A stretch of 64,000 bases of DNA from Limnothrix sp. BL-A-16 (GTDB taxonomy: Bacteria > Cyanobacteriota > Cyanobacteriia > CACIAM-69d), in contig CP166615.1 in NCBI GenBank assembly GCA_041937175.2, positions 2,112,001 to 2,176,000 on the forward strand, written 5' to 3'. The notes beneath the pieces were generated by a model. That model worked only from the letters and a program-made list of their open reading frames with translations, did not search any database and was not told the DNA's origin. Positions 31,022 through 43,465 of this stretch are shown piece by piece. A program made the position numbers and the translations under genes. The first letter of the stretch is position 1, and the number at the start of each line of letters is the position of its first letter.

Positions 31022-32140
31022 CTATTTCTTGGTTTGGATCTTGTCGAAAATGGCTCCATCGGCAAAGAACTGCTTTTGGATGGCATCCCAACCGCCCAGT
31101 TCCTTGACCGTGAAGAGTTTGGTGACCTTGCCAAAGCGATCGCTAAACTGCGCTTCAATGGCCGGGTCGATCGGGCGGAACCCTGCTTCCGCAAAGGCTT
31201 TTTGGGCTTCGGGGGTGTAAAGGAACTTCACGAAGGCTTCTGCCACCTCCCGAGTGCCCCGTTTGTCCACCACCTGATCCACCACAGCCACGGGGCTATC
31301 GATCGAAATATTCGTCGCCGGAACCACGTAATCGACCTTTTGGCCCTTGGCTTGGGCCAAAAGCAGTTCATTTTCGTAGTTAATCAGCACATCGCCTTGG
31401 TTTTGCTTCAGAAACACGTCCGTGGCTTCTCGCGCATCCCGAGGCAAAATCGGCACATTGCCATAAACCGACTTCACGAAGGATTCCGCCTTTTCCGGCG
31501 TGCCGCCCGTTTGGGTCACCGCGCCCCACAGCACCAGGAAGTTCCAGCGGGCCCCGCCCGAGGTTTTGGGGTTGGCGGTAATCACCTTCAAGCCCGGTTT
31601 GGCCAAATCAGGCCAATCCTTCACGCCCTTCGGGTTGCCCGGCCGGGTCACCAGGGCCGCAACGGACTTGTGAACGATCGCCTCGTTCGGCGCTTCCTGC
31701 TGCCAACCGGGTTCAATTAATTTGGCCTTTTCAATTTTTTCCACATCCTGCCCCAACGCCAGGGCCACCACATCCGCTTCCAAACCATCGATCACGGCAC
31801 GAGTTTGGGAGCCGGAACCGCCATAGCTTTGGTTAATTTTGACCGTTTGGCCCCGTTCTTTTTGCCACTTTTCGACAAAGAGCGGAATGATTTTTTCATA
31901 GGCCGATCGGGTCACGGCATAGGACACCAAGGTAATTTCGATCGGTTCGTTGTTAGCAGCCGATGCATTGGCCGCTGGTGTGCCCGTCGCGGGCGAGCTA
32001 CCGGCAGCCGGGGAGCCGTTGGCGTTGGGATTGTTGGAGCCAGTGCAGGCGGAAATCATCCCACTCGCGAGCAAACCCATGCCCAAGCAGGCAAGCAGGC
32101 GGCGGCGGCTGGGGCGATTTAAGCGAAAAGGCGCAGTCAC
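31022..32140 (-). CDS. sbp: sulfate ABC transporter substrate-binding protein
   Basis: QSYGGSGSQTRAVIDGLEADV, NPKTSGGARWNFL, YENE; GTG start with AAGGAG RBS; lipoprotein Cys. Confidence 0.95.
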   Translation of the reverse strand: MTAPFRLNRPSRRRLLACLGMGLLASGMISACTGSNNPNANGSPAAGSSPATGTPAANASAANNEPIEITLVSYAVTRSAYEKIIPLFVEKWQKERGQTVKINQSYGGSGSQTRAVIDGLEADVVALALGQDVEKIEKAKLIEPGWQQEAPNEAIVHKSVAALVTRPGNPKGVKDWPDLAKPGLKVITANPKTSGGARWNFLVLWGAVTQTGGTPEKAESFVKSVYGNVPILPRDAREATDVFLKQNQGDVLINYENELLLAQAKGQKVDYVVPATNISIDSPVAVVDQVVDKRGTREVAEAFVKFLYTPEAQKAFAEAGFRPIDPAIEAQFSDRFGKVTKLFTVKELGGWDAIQKQFFADGAIFDKIQTKK

Positions 32141-32382
32141 GATGCAAAACTCCTTGCAATTAACCCTGTTTAAGCGTGGGTCGCAGGGTGGGGTAAAAAA
32201 ATCGGGGGTGGGGTGATTGTACGCCCCGGATTGAATTTCCAGTAAGTCAGTCGGTTTACCGGAGATTAAATCGCCTCTGAGAATAACCCATGTCGATCCA
32301 AAAGTCCAGATACCCGATCGAGTTACCGGTGTTTTGATTCCAAGGGGCTTTATCAGGGCGACCACATCAGCAAAACCCGCCC

Positions 32383-34929
32383 CTAAAACCAGCGATAGCG
32401 CATCAGAATACTGAAACCGATGGCCACGGCGATCGCCCCCAAGAGCACCGATCGCAAGGGATGGGCATCGGGTGAAACCAGGCTGGTGGTGCTGGTGAGC
32501 CGCCCCTGCACAAGGTTCAGGCTTTCCACGTCAATCCAAGGAATGCCGCCCCGCCGCAGCCAGCCGGTGACCATCAAGGGGCTGCCGATCGGGAGTTCTT
32601 GGCGACCTTGGCGGATCAAGGTTCCTAGCCAACCCCAACGGCTGGCCAGGTGCAAGGGCAAGAGGCCACTGGGGGTTTGTAACCACAGATCTTGCCAAAG
32701 TCCATTGGCCCAGCCCGATCGCCCCAGGAGTCGTCCGGATACTTTCACCATCACCGCATCGATCGGGAGGGCGTTGGGTTCGGCCAAGGCGCTGGCCAAG
32801 GGCGGCCCATCCGCATTGAAGATTAGGGGTAAACGGCCGCGAATTTCCGGGAAGAAGGCATTCAGCCGCAGGAAAATCCCCAGGCCGCAGCCCATCCAGG
32901 CCAGGCCCCACAGCAGGGAGCGATCGGCCCACATCCAGCCGATCGGGTGGTTCAACAGCCGCCCCAATCCCCCAATCACCCACAGCAGCAGGGCCACCCC
33001 CACCCCCGCCACCATGCCCACCCAAGGCCCGGACTGGAGCCACAGGGTTTGGGGGGTGGTGGGTCGCAGGGGACGGGCCCGGGGCAAGGGCGGCAGGTAG
33101 CGTTGTTGTTGGTCCTGGGCCGCTCGATCGCTGGCTTCAAATTCCGGTTCCAGTCGCCAGCGCACAGCTAATTCCGCCAGGGTGGCCATTCGCTGGCCCG
33201 TGAGCGGATGGGTGTGATTGAGCTGGAGCCAATTGCGATAGGGATTGCGTCGGCCCCAGACCCACAGGGGTTCGGGGGGCGCGATCGGGTGGAAGCTACC
33301 TTCAATGGCGGCGCAGGCGGGGCTGAAGGGCAACAACAGCTCGATCGCCACCAACCAAGGGGATAGGGCCCGGTTCGCGATCGCCTGTTCTGCCACTGCC
33401 GCACCGCACTTAACCAAGGCCCGCGCCAGGGCATTGGGATCCCCCGTTTCGGCGGCCCCGAGCCGATCGGCTTCGGTCTGGCGCGATCGACTCCAACCAA
33501 ACAGGGCCCAACGCTCCACCCGATACAGCCCATAGGCCAAAACCGACAGACCCACCGCCCCCAGCTTGGCGGGCCAAAGCTGCCAGGTTTCCGCCAATTG
33601 CGCCGCCCATTGATGCAACCCATAGGGCAGCAGCAACACCACCGTGGCCCAACTGGCGATCGCGCTGTCGCCGCAATCAATCTGGCTATATTGGGCGGCC
33701 ACCAACGTTGCCAGTTCCCCATCACTCAGACTATCGATCGCCCCTTGACTGATGGCTAGGCGGGCCTGGGCCGGCAACCAGCCATAGACCACCACCACCG
33801 GTAAGTCCGTGTTTAGGAACCGAAGAAAAGGAACCGGGCGATTGCGCGATCGCACCAATCGTTGCAACAGACGCGCCGTCTCCGGCCGCTGGGCAGAAAG
33901 CTCTGAGAACTTGCGCGTTTGGCTACCCCAGCGGTGCATCACCTCATCCAACAACCAAGGCGACCCCAAAAACAACAGCCCCAAGGCAATCCAAGCCGAA
34001 ACCGAGGGATCATCGGTGACATAGGGCGTGGCCTCTCCCCAAATGGGCAACCAAGGCAACAAAACCGACAGCCAATCCAGCAGTTTGTTATAGGTGGCGG
34101 TTCCCAGCAGGACAAACTGTTGCACCACCCAAGCCAACAGGACGATCGCGATCGCCTGGCTCACCAACCGCGGCCCCCAAGGTCTCGGAGCCAAGACCGT
34201 GCGGCGATCGGCTCGGCCCCCGTTGCGCCATTGCACGCTGTAGGGTTCGGGGGTTTGGGCATCTGTCGCCGCCGAAGGTTGCGCTTCCGGGGCAGTCGTC
34301 TCCACCGTTGTCACCACCGCCATCACGGCCGGCGGGCGATCGGGGTTGGGGGACAAGGGCGGGGAAACCGTCGCAGAGTTTTGGGGAAGATCTGATGGGG
34401 AGGTTGGTGCAGGGGTTGCAGGAGTTGCAGAGGCGATCGGCGGATTCGGCCCCGGGTCAGGGGTTGCCAACCCCGGCGAGGGCGATCCTAAAGCGGGTGA
34501 TCCTGGATTCGGATTCAATGCCACCCGCACCACCTGGGTTCGCTTCCCGATCGCCTGGGAATCCGTCAGGGGCACAAAACCCGCATTTCCCGCTTCCAGG
34601 GGCACAAAACCCGGATCCTCCGCCGCTTTAGGTTTCGGAGCGGGTGGTGGCGGCGGCTTCAGTTGCGATCGCGCTTGGGTGGCCCACTGGCGCACCTGGG
34701 GGTTGGGATGATTCAGCAACGATTCACAAAGGGCGATCGCCTTAGCCCATTGCCCCACAGCTCGATAGGCCCCCACCAGGGCCGCTTGGGACCGCGCCTG
34801 CTCCGCCCCCGCCAAGGTGGCGCTGGCCATTTCCAATGGGGCGATCGCCGCCGCCGGTTGCCCCTGTTTCAGGGCCGCCAAGCCCGCTTGGAGCTGCGAT
34901 CGTGCCCCCTCTGCCCCCAACTCCGCCAT
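32383..34929 (-). CDS. M48/HtpX-like membrane protein with TPR-like N-terminus
   Basis: Pro-rich linker, TM segments, EADR.GA..TGDPNALARAL, THP; no clear HEXXH, so possibly inactive. Confidence 0.7.
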   Translation of the reverse strand: MAELGAEGARSQLQAGLAALKQGQPAAAIAPLEMASATLAGAEQARSQAALVGAYRAVGQWAKAIALCESLLNHPNPQVRQWATQARSQLKPPPPPAPKPKAAEDPGFVPLEAGNAGFVPLTDSQAIGKRTQVVRVALNPNPGSPALGSPSPGLATPDPGPNPPIASATPATPAPTSPSDLPQNSATVSPPLSPNPDRPPAVMAVVTTVETTAPEAQPSAATDAQTPEPYSVQWRNGGRADRRTVLAPRPWGPRLVSQAIAIVLLAWVVQQFVLLGTATYNKLLDWLSVLLPWLPIWGEATPYVTDDPSVSAWIALGLLFLGSPWLLDEVMHRWGSQTRKFSELSAQRPETARLLQRLVRSRNRPVPFLRFLNTDLPVVVVYGWLPAQARLAISQGAIDSLSDGELATLVAAQYSQIDCGDSAIASWATVVLLLPYGLHQWAAQLAETWQLWPAKLGAVGLSVLAYGLYRVERWALFGWSRSRQTEADRLGAAETGDPNALARALVKCGAAVAEQAIANRALSPWLVAIELLLPFSPACAAIEGSFHPIAPPEPLWVWGRRNPYRNWLQLNHTHPLTGQRMATLAELAVRWRLEPEFEASDRAAQDQQQRYLPPLPRARPLRPTTPQTLWLQSGPWVGMVAGVGVALLLWVIGGLGRLLNHPIGWMWADRSLLWGLAWMGCGLGIFLRLNAFFPEIRGRLPLIFNADGPPLASALAEPNALPIDAVMVKVSGRLLGRSGWANGLWQDLWLQTPSGLLPLHLASRWGWLGTLIRQGRQELPIGSPLMVTGWLRRGGIPWIDVESLNLVQGRLTSTTSLVSPDAHPLRSVLLGAIAVAIGFSILMRYRWF

Positions 34930-35005
34930 AGTTTCAACCCAAAACTAGCCAATCCAAGACGCAGAATTCAACGGTTGCTCAACCGTTCAAATTCCGAATC
35001 CAAAT

Positions 35006-35344
35006 CTAAAGGCTAGTGTGCCCGTCCGGCTCCCCCGGCCGCCACCGATAGACCCGCAAGTTGACCCGATCGGCCGCATCGAACTGCACCCCCTCCCGTT
35101 CCAGCAACGCCCGCTGCAAATAATCATTGCCCTGCCGAAACGGCGAATAGGAAATTTCCCCCCGCGCATTCACAACCCGTTGCCAAGGAATGTCTCGATC
35201 GTCCCCCGCCACCCGTGCCAGGGCATAGCCCACCAGCCGCGCCTTACCCGCCAAGTTGGCCAGCTCGGCCACTTGCCCATAGGTTGCCACCTTGCCCGGG
35301 GGAATTTGCTGAACCACCGCATAAATTTGGGCATAAACTGTCAT
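35006..35344 (-). CDS. alkyltransferase-like (MGMT/ATL) protein
   Basis: IPPGKVATYGQVA, ARLVG, PWQRV (Trp replaces the catalytic Cys). Confidence 0.9.
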   Translation of the reverse strand: MTVYAQIYAVVQQIPPGKVATYGQVAELANLAGKARLVGYALARVAGDDRDIPWQRVVNARGEISYSPFRQGNDYLQRALLEREGVQFDAADRVNLRVYRWRPGEPDGHTSL

Positions 35345-35422
35345 TGAATTGCCATTGCTCCTCAACCGCCCGATCGCTATTCAAACCAAGATCTAAAATC
35401 AGACCTTCAAGATCTTCGCTAA

Positions 35423-35553
35423 GAGGATGTCTGAAAAGCCAAAGTTAATACAATGCTTGCTCCAGCGATCAACGGAAACAAGGGGCTTAAGCCCCTTGCT
35501 GCCACGACTATTGGTGCTTAGTTCGGGCCGAAAGATACTTTTCAGACATCCTC
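35423..35553. mobile_element. MITE family A, 131 bp, REP-like palindrome at centre
   Basis: Perfect 16-bp TIR GAGGATGTCTGAAAAG; TAA direct repeats; palindrome at 35479-35498. Confidence 0.85.
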
Positions 35554-35575
35554 TAAGATTCCAGCCAGTTTTCAC

Positions 35576-36940
35576 CTAGGGCTGAAAGCGACCACCGCCG
35601 CCGCCAGCCATATTTTTAAACTGCGTAAACTGCGAATCAAACAATAGGCGAACCGTGCCCGTTGGGCCGTTACGGTGCTTGGTCAGCAATACTTCCGCAA
35701 TTCCCCGATCAGGAGTATCTGGGTTATAATATTCTTCTCTATAAAGCATTAAAATTAAATCCGCGTCTTGTTCGATCGACCCAGATTCGCGTAGATCTGA
35801 CATCATTGGTCGCTTATTTGTTCGTGATTCTACGCTACGACTGAGCTGAGATAGGGCCAAGATTGGCACATTTAATTCCCGAGCTAAAGCCTTGAGCGAT
35901 CGGGTGATTTTTGACAGCTCTTGTACTCGGTTATCTCCGCCTCCTTCCATCAATTGCAGGTAATCAATCACAATCAGCCCCAATGCGCCGCCGCGTTCCG
36001 CTTGCAGGCGACGGGCTTTTGATCGCATTTCCGTAATTGAAATATCCGCTGTGTCGTCAATATAAAGCTTCAGGTTAGAAAGACCTTGAATGGCCGACCC
36101 AATTCGCCCCCATTCATTTTCGCTAATTCGTCCCGATCGCAGGCGGTTGCTTTCAATTTGCGCTTCGCTGGAGAGCATCCGATACATCAGTTGCTCCTTC
36201 GACATTTCCAGGCTAAAAATGGCGATCGGGAGATTATGAATTGCAGCCACGTTGCGAGCTGCATTCATCACAAAACTGGTTTTGCCCATCGAGGGCCGAC
36301 CCGCCACAATGATCAAATCCGATCGCTGGAATCCCTGAGTCATCGCATCCAGATCATAGAAGCCGCTGCTCAGTCCCGGCATCTGAGATTCCAGGGCCCG
36401 ACTTTCCAGCTCAAAGAATGCTTCCGAGAGAATCACCTCCGCAGAAGTTAAATCATTTTTGGCTTTGGATTGGGTGATATTAAACAGGCGCTGTTCTGCG
36501 CGATCGAGCAATTTAGCCAATTCTTCCCTATTGTCAAATGCCAACTGCGCAATATCACCGCCAACAGAAATGAGTTGCCGCCGCACATATTTATCAGCAA
36601 TCAAAAGGGCATAGCGATCAATATTAACTGCACTAACGGTGCGATCGAGCAGTTGCGATATTTTTTGGGAGCCACCCACTTTTTCTAGGAGGTCTCGATC
36701 CTTCAGCCAAGTGCTCACCGATAGCAAATCCGTCGGATTGCCCCGAGCATGTAGTTCCCGCATGGCTTCAAAAATGGTGCGGTGGGCACTTAAATAAAAT
36801 GCCTCCGGTGTCAGAATTTCAGCAACACGGTTCATCGCTTCCGGATCCAGCAAAATGCCGCCGAGGATCGACTCTTCCGCATCAATATTTTGCGGCGGCA
36901 GTCGATCGCTCACGGTCGAAAAATCAAGCGACTCACTCAT
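35576..36940 (-). CDS. dnaB: replicative DNA helicase (no intein)
   Basis: PPQNIDAE, GRPSMGKT, FSLEM, IDYLQL, LSQLSR, RESGSIEQDAD. Confidence 0.98.
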   Translation of the reverse strand: MSESLDFSTVSDRLPPQNIDAEESILGGILLDPEAMNRVAEILTPEAFYLSAHRTIFEAMRELHARGNPTDLLSVSTWLKDRDLLEKVGGSQKISQLLDRTVSAVNIDRYALLIADKYVRRQLISVGGDIAQLAFDNREELAKLLDRAEQRLFNITQSKAKNDLTSAEVILSEAFFELESRALESQMPGLSSGFYDLDAMTQGFQRSDLIIVAGRPSMGKTSFVMNAARNVAAIHNLPIAIFSLEMSKEQLMYRMLSSEAQIESNRLRSGRISENEWGRIGSAIQGLSNLKLYIDDTADISITEMRSKARRLQAERGGALGLIVIDYLQLMEGGGDNRVQELSKITRSLKALARELNVPILALSQLSRSVESRTNKRPMMSDLRESGSIEQDADLILMLYREEYYNPDTPDRGIAEVLLTKHRNGPTGTVRLLFDSQFTQFKNMAGGGGGRFQP

Positions 36941-37219
36941 ATTGCAAACAAGTTTGATCGATGGGTTCGCGATCGAAAAAATAAAGAGAATAGGGAATCT
37001 AATAGGAAATTTAGTGCCACGCGCATTCTGATCGGCACTATGCCACAGAAATGGGGGCTGGAACTAGCCAGACCCCCATGGGAGTAAACTGCTCTGGATC
37101 CTGGTTGGGATCTGAGCAATGGATAGGATATTCAGGACAGGGAGGATGGAGAGCGGGCCACCAGCGATCGACCATGAGCGATCGCCTAGCTGATGTGCCC
37201 AAACGTCCCAGCGGCAACC

Positions 37220-37678
37220 CTACTCGGCAATCACTTCGATCGTGGCCGTTGCCACCACTTCCGGGTGCAACTTCAGCGACACCGTGTACTTGCCCAGTTT
37301 GTTGATTTCGGGCAGGGTCATATCGCGGTGATCCAAATCGATCCCGGCGTATTCCTTCACCTTGTCAGCCACTTCGCGGGTGGTCACGGTTCCAAAGATC
37401 GCATCGCCTTCGCCCACCGACTTGGCAATCCGCAGCGTGCCCACGGTAGACAGAGCCGTTTTGTTGGCTTCTGCGCGTTGTTTTTCTTCAATCTTGCGTT
37501 GGCGCTCGGCCTCGCGGCGGCGCTCCACTTGCTTCAGAATTCCAGGGGTTACGTTAACGGCTGCCCCCTGAGGCAGCAGGTAGTTGCGGGCATAACCGGG
37601 AGCCACTTCTACCAAATCGCCGGTCTTACCCAGCTTGCTAACGTCTTTGCTCAGAACTACTTGAACTCGCTTAGCCAT
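37220..37678 (-). CDS. rplI: 50S ribosomal protein L9
   Basis: [32 protein letters not shown]. Confidence 0.98.
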   Translation of the reverse strand: MAKRVQVVLSKDVSKLGKTGDLVEVAPGYARNYLLPQGAAVNVTPGILKQVERRREAERQRKIEEKQRAEANKTALSTVGTLRIAKSVGEGDAIFGTVTTREVADKVKEYAGIDLDHRDMTLPEINKLGKYTVSLKLHPEVVATATIEVIAE

Positions 37679-37912
37679 GGTTGGGGATATCGTGTGTTGG
37701 GCTGTTGATGGGCGGGTCGCTGGGTAAGCACTCGGGCACTGCGCAATTACGGTGTAGGAGCGATATCACGCGCACCGATCGCGCCCCACTCAACAAACTT
37801 TTAGACATTGCCAGACAAAAGGCAATTTCCAATATTAACAGCTATGTCGAGCTTGGCAGCAGTCTGAGGACGAAGATTGATCAGCGAAGCCTGGCGGAAA
37901 CTGTCTAAATCC

Positions 37913-38158
37913 TTAGCGTGTGCCCGATCCCTGGCTGCGGCTGGGGCCGCCGGAGTCTGGAGGGGTGGGCGCTGGCTGTTGGGCGGCCGATCGCACTAAC
38001 CAAGTTGGCTCAGGAGAACCGGCCAGGGCAAAGCGCTGGCCCCGACCCAGCCAAGACCAGGGTTCCACCACCGCCAACAAACCCCAAACCAAAATCACCA
38101 TTCCTTTGATCAGGGGTTGCGATCGATCCAGAATCGCGGCGGATCGACTTTCGCCCAT
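37913..38158 (-). CDS. putative small secreted peptide precursor (start uncertain)
   Basis: Hydrophobic segment, ALA site, C-terminus PTPPDSGGPSRSQGSGTR. Confidence 0.45.
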   Translation of the reverse strand: MGESRSAAILDRSQPLIKGMVILVWGLLAVVEPWSWLGRGQRFALAGSPEPTWLVRSAAQQPAPTPPDSGGPSRSQGSGTR

Positions 38159-38715
38159 GACCAATCTTGCCGACTCCCCTTCCGATCGGTGCATGAGTCG
38201 TTGGGGGCGAACCACTGTCCTTCGATCGCAACAGTCCAACATCACAAACCTCCCTAGTGCTTCAAAAACACAAATTAAAGGGCGAAGCTTAACAAGCAAT
38301 CAAACCGAAACTGAATGGTTAATGGTGATCTTTGAATAGCGATGATTCATTTCAGTCATTTATTTCAGTTACTCATTATTGCAATCCATTAAATTAATGA
38401 ATTACAAATCATCAATCGCCAATGATTGATAACAAGCGGTTGATTGCAACGGTTAACAGCATGGTTCACAAGCTGATCACGGTTGGTCACGGTTGGCCAG
38501 AACCACCAAAACCCAAAAAAGATGACCTGGCAGGGGATGCTCCCGATCGTGATGTTGGTTTCCAAACAATCAAATTATGAAACAATAAACAAACATCATG
38601 ATCAGAGTGATCTTGACTGATCTTTGATGGTCTAAGCATGATGAATGCAAACTAAGTTAATGCAACCTAATTGGCACAAACTCAGTCAGCGGTCATCAAA
38701 CTCAGGCTTCCAAAG

Positions 38716-38845
38716 GTTGCAATCAAGAGTCGTAACCCAAAATTGCAGCTTCAAGTTACAACTTGTAATCGCGACTCAGAATCTTGACCCCGAATCTCAA
38801 CTCAAGATTGCAACTCAAGATTGCTGCTTGAAATCGCAACTTTAG
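38716..38845. repeat. ten degenerate 13-bp tandem repeats (approx. RTYGCAACTCAAR)
   Basis: Example units: ATCTCAACTCAAG, ATTGCAACTCAAG, ATCGCAACTTTAG. Confidence 0.6.
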
Positions 38846-39439
38846 GGCTGCTTCTACGGTTTCGTAGGCAAGCTTTGGAGCTTCGGTTTTAGCACTGATT
38901 TTACGCATTGACCATAGCCCTCTAGTAGTACCGTAGAACGGATATGGGCGACTCATCAGATCCCTTGGGAATTCTGAAGAAAATCTTAATATCCACCATA
39001 ATAGCCACTGCTAGTCCGGTGAATTTCTTGTGCCTTAACCGCTGACTCGCTTTGGAACAAAATGCCTGAAGCCTTTACCAAAGCTGGATTTTCAGGATCG
39101 GCGGGTGGTTTTTCTTATATCTGATAAATTGCTCAATTAAACCCAAAACCATTTCCGACTACGGCCCCATCGGGCCGAGCCGTAACCGTTGTCCACGCTC
39201 CGTGCTCCCGTTCCGTGCCCCCGTTGCGCTTAAGTTTCCCATTCCCAATCAGGGCTAATCATCGAAGAAAATCCGGTTCATTAGCCCTGAGCGGGATTGG
39301 TTAAACTTTTTGAGCAATCCGTGACATGGGATTAAAGAAGATACCAAATCTTGGTGAAAATTCGTAAAAATTCAGAGGCGATCGCCTCTGAAGACCTGCA
39401 AGGTGATGAGTGATTGGTGATCGGCGCTTCTTGCTGCGG

Positions 39440-40009
39440 CTATTGATTCAACCACTCAATGAGTTCGGCGGGGCTGAGTCCCAAGTCTTTGGCCAGGCGA
39501 TCAGTGTCGCCGCTGCCGCCAGCATCGCGGATTTCGGCCAGTTCTTGCGCCGATCGCCCCACAATTCGGGCAATGTTTTTAAGCTGCCCGTCATTAATCG
39601 GTCGCCCTTCGTAAATATCCTTCAGCTCAGGGGGCGAAAGACGATAGGAATCGCAAAATTGCACAAACTCCTGGCTCCCCATGCCCAAGGCGGCTTGGCG
39701 ATCGCGCAGCAGATAGGCAATGGCGCGGGGGCCGCTGGTGGGGCGAATGGTGGTTTCCAAGTACCGCAACATCAGTTGGCCCACCTGTTGGGAGTTGCCG
39801 CCCATTTTGGCCACCATATCGGAGCAAAGGCGCTTGAAAGCTAAGCGCAACACAGTGTTGGTCGCCTCTAGTTTCTTTTCGCGATCGAACAGCTCAGACA
39901 ACTGGTTAGCAAATTCACTGGTGCACCATCCCACCTCTTCGCCGTTGATGGTGAGGCTGGAATACCAACGCTGGGGGCCAAATTGCACCTTGGGGCTGTC
40001 TGTCGCCAC
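39440..40009 (-). CDS. hypothetical protein with possible C-terminal HTH-like region
   Basis: GTG start with AAGGAG RBS; 189 aa. Confidence 0.7.
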   Translation of the reverse strand: MATDSPKVQFGPQRWYSSLTINGEEVGWCTSEFANQLSELFDREKKLEATNTVLRLAFKRLCSDMVAKMGGNSQQVGQLMLRYLETTIRPTSGPRAIAYLLRDRQAALGMGSQEFVQFCDSYRLSPPELKDIYEGRPINDGQLKNIARIVGRSAQELAEIRDAGGSGDTDRLAKDLGLSPAELIEWLNQ

Positions 40010-40417
40010 GATCGTCTCCTTATGCAAACGCAGGTATATGCAGGGCCTGAAAATCCTGAAAACACTGAGCGGGTTGAGTCGATCGGGGTTCGGGGTGTTG
40101 GCGATGCAGAATTCTGAATTCGCAGCTTGCCTTGGCCTTGGTCGATGCAACCCTCTCCATCATCCATGATCGACTCTGACCCTTGAGAGATCATCTCAGA
40201 GATCATCCCGGGCCCTTCAGGATCGTGGATGATCAAAACCAGGGACGATCAGACGATTAAATAATTTTCTAACGATTTTATGGACGATTGAATGCTGATT
40301 GGATGATTTGTTAATGATTATGGGGATTTCAGGCGAAACTGGCCGCGCCCGCCACCGAAAGCCCCAACAACGAGCGGCGGCCGAAACGGCCAAAACCGCT
40401 GTTTCGATGTTTTGCAA

Positions 40418-40822
40418 TTAACTCTCGGGCAAATTGGGTCGATCGAGGGGCCGACAAAAGGTTTCGACTCCTTGATGGCTGACCCACAAAACCACGGGCA
40501 ACAGCAACACGGTCGGACAGGGGGGCTGATCATCCAAATAGCCCAGGGTAGCCGCGATCGCCCCTTGGGCTAGGGATTGGCGAACCGGTTCTTGCACACA
40601 GAGCCGGGCCCGACATCGCTTGGCCAGGCCTTCCAACCAGCCATCACTGCGATCGGGCTGTTGGCCGGCCCGAATGGCCAGGGCGATCGCCGCGTCTTCA
40701 AGATCGCCTTCACAATCTTCAATTTCTGCCAGGGCCTCCAAAGCAGTGGGATATTCTGCTAACTCAACTCGCAGTTGGGCGATCCTATCCGTTGACACTA
40801 CCAAACGATTTTCGTTGCTCAT
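40418..40822 (-). CDS. conserved cyanobacterial-type hypothetical protein
   Basis: IEDCEGDLEDAAI.LAI.AGQ.PD motif. Confidence 0.75.
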   Translation of the reverse strand: MSNENRLVVSTDRIAQLRVELAEYPTALEALAEIEDCEGDLEDAAIALAIRAGQQPDRSDGWLEGLAKRCRARLCVQEPVRQSLAQGAIAATLGYLDDQPPCPTVLLLPVVLWVSHQGVETFCRPLDRPNLPES

Positions 40823-41008
40823 AAAACCCGCAATTCGTCCGCAATCGATCGGCTTGCCTCAGTCCAGCACCAGCGAGCTAGAGACTGGCAACCCCTTCTA
40901 GCAACCAACATCAACAGCAATATCAACCAGAAAAATCAACCAGAAGAAATATCAAACAAATCATCAACTCATCAACAAAAACGTTAGCCAAGCCCATGTA
41001 CTCAACCA

Positions 41009-41073
41009 TTGACCCAGCCAATTGACTCAGCCGGTTGACTCAGCCAGTTGACCCAGCCGATGGACTAAACCAA
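41009..41073. repeat. five 13-bp tandem repeats (TTGACYCAGCCRR)
   Basis: Direct reading. Confidence 0.75.
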
Positions 41074-41140
41074 CTCAGTGATTTGGTTCGTCTAGTCCGC
41101 CGGTCAAGGCCAATGGTCAAGCCCATGGGCCGCTGCCCGT

Positions 41141-41800
41141 TTAGTACAAATACACTTCGCCCTGCTCGGTCACGTTCACGTAATTCACATCGTGATCGAT
41201 GTTGTCGGTGGCGGTTAGCACCAGTTCCAGATCACCTTGGGGGGTCACGGTAGGGCGAGCCAACAGAAACCCGCGATCGGCCCGATACAACACCAGATTG
41301 CTCGGGGTGGGCAACATCTCCAAAACGCTGGTGGCGCGATCGGGAGAGTCTAGCTGACCAGTCAACAGGCGATCGCCCGTTACGCCAATCACCTCAAAAG
41401 CCACCTTGGCATTGGTGAAATTCACTAACCGCACAGTCACCTTGCCGCCCTTGAGGGCCAAGCGCGAGGCGGGCAATGGAAAACGAGCTGGCAAGGGCAG
41501 CCGGTTCGCTTCGGCGCGCGTGTTGGGGCTGTTGGGCACGGCGCGGGCCGGTGCGGGTGTGGGGGTTTGGGGACGGGCTGGCGGGCTGGCGGGCTGTTGA
41601 CCAGCGGCACAGGGACAAGCGCACTGGCATTGGCCAGCGGCCGGTGGCCGAGGCGGGGCCGTTTCCGCCGTCACGGACTGACTTAAACCCAAAACACCGC
41701 CATACAGAAGGGCCACCGCCCCGATCGCTCCCATGCCCGATCGCCCCAGAAAACGCCGTACCATCGCTTTACTCCTCAAAAATCGAATAACCCACCACAA
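41141..41800 (-). CDS. hypothetical secreted protein (true start probably downstream)
   Basis: Signal-like segment, CQCACPC, Pro-rich linker, beta-rich C-terminal domain. Confidence 0.65.
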   Translation of the reverse strand: MWWVIRFLRSKAMVRRFLGRSGMGAIGAVALLYGGVLGLSQSVTAETAPPRPPAAGQCQCACPCAAGQQPASPPARPQTPTPAPARAVPNSPNTRAEANRLPLPARFPLPASRLALKGGKVTVRLVNFTNAKVAFEVIGVTGDRLLTGQLDSPDRATSVLEMLPTPSNLVLYRADRGFLLARPTVTPQGDLELVLTATDNIDHDVNYVNVTEQGEVYLY

Positions 41801-42203
41801 GGTTGTCTCAATGCAGCATCAAGCGGCATCTGCATTAAACCAAACTCAAACTTAAGCTCAAACTTCAAACCAGAAGCAAACTTCAACTCAAACCTCAACA
41901 AGGCCTGTAAAGCCCCTTGGCCCCATCCTCTCGCCAAAGCGGGATCAGGGTTGGGGAAACCCAACGAAAGATGCTCAAAATCCTAGGGGGTATCGTCATT
42001 TTTCGAGGTGATACTGAAACGGTTGATCTTCTGTGCCCTAATCTTCGTAACAAGGGGCTTAAGCCCCTTGTCCCCCATGATCCGTTAACGACAGATCTAG
42101 GGTTTCGTGCTCAACGATGACAGGTCTTAAGCCCCTTGTCCCCCACGATCCGTTAACGACAGATCTAAGGTTTCGTGCTCAACGATGACAGGCCCTTGTA
42201 TGT

Positions 42204-43465
<1,262 letters not shown>

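Noticed and set aside
35576..36940. DnaB intein, common in cyanobacteria
   Set aside because: 454 aa with contiguous RESGSIEQDAD, so no insertion
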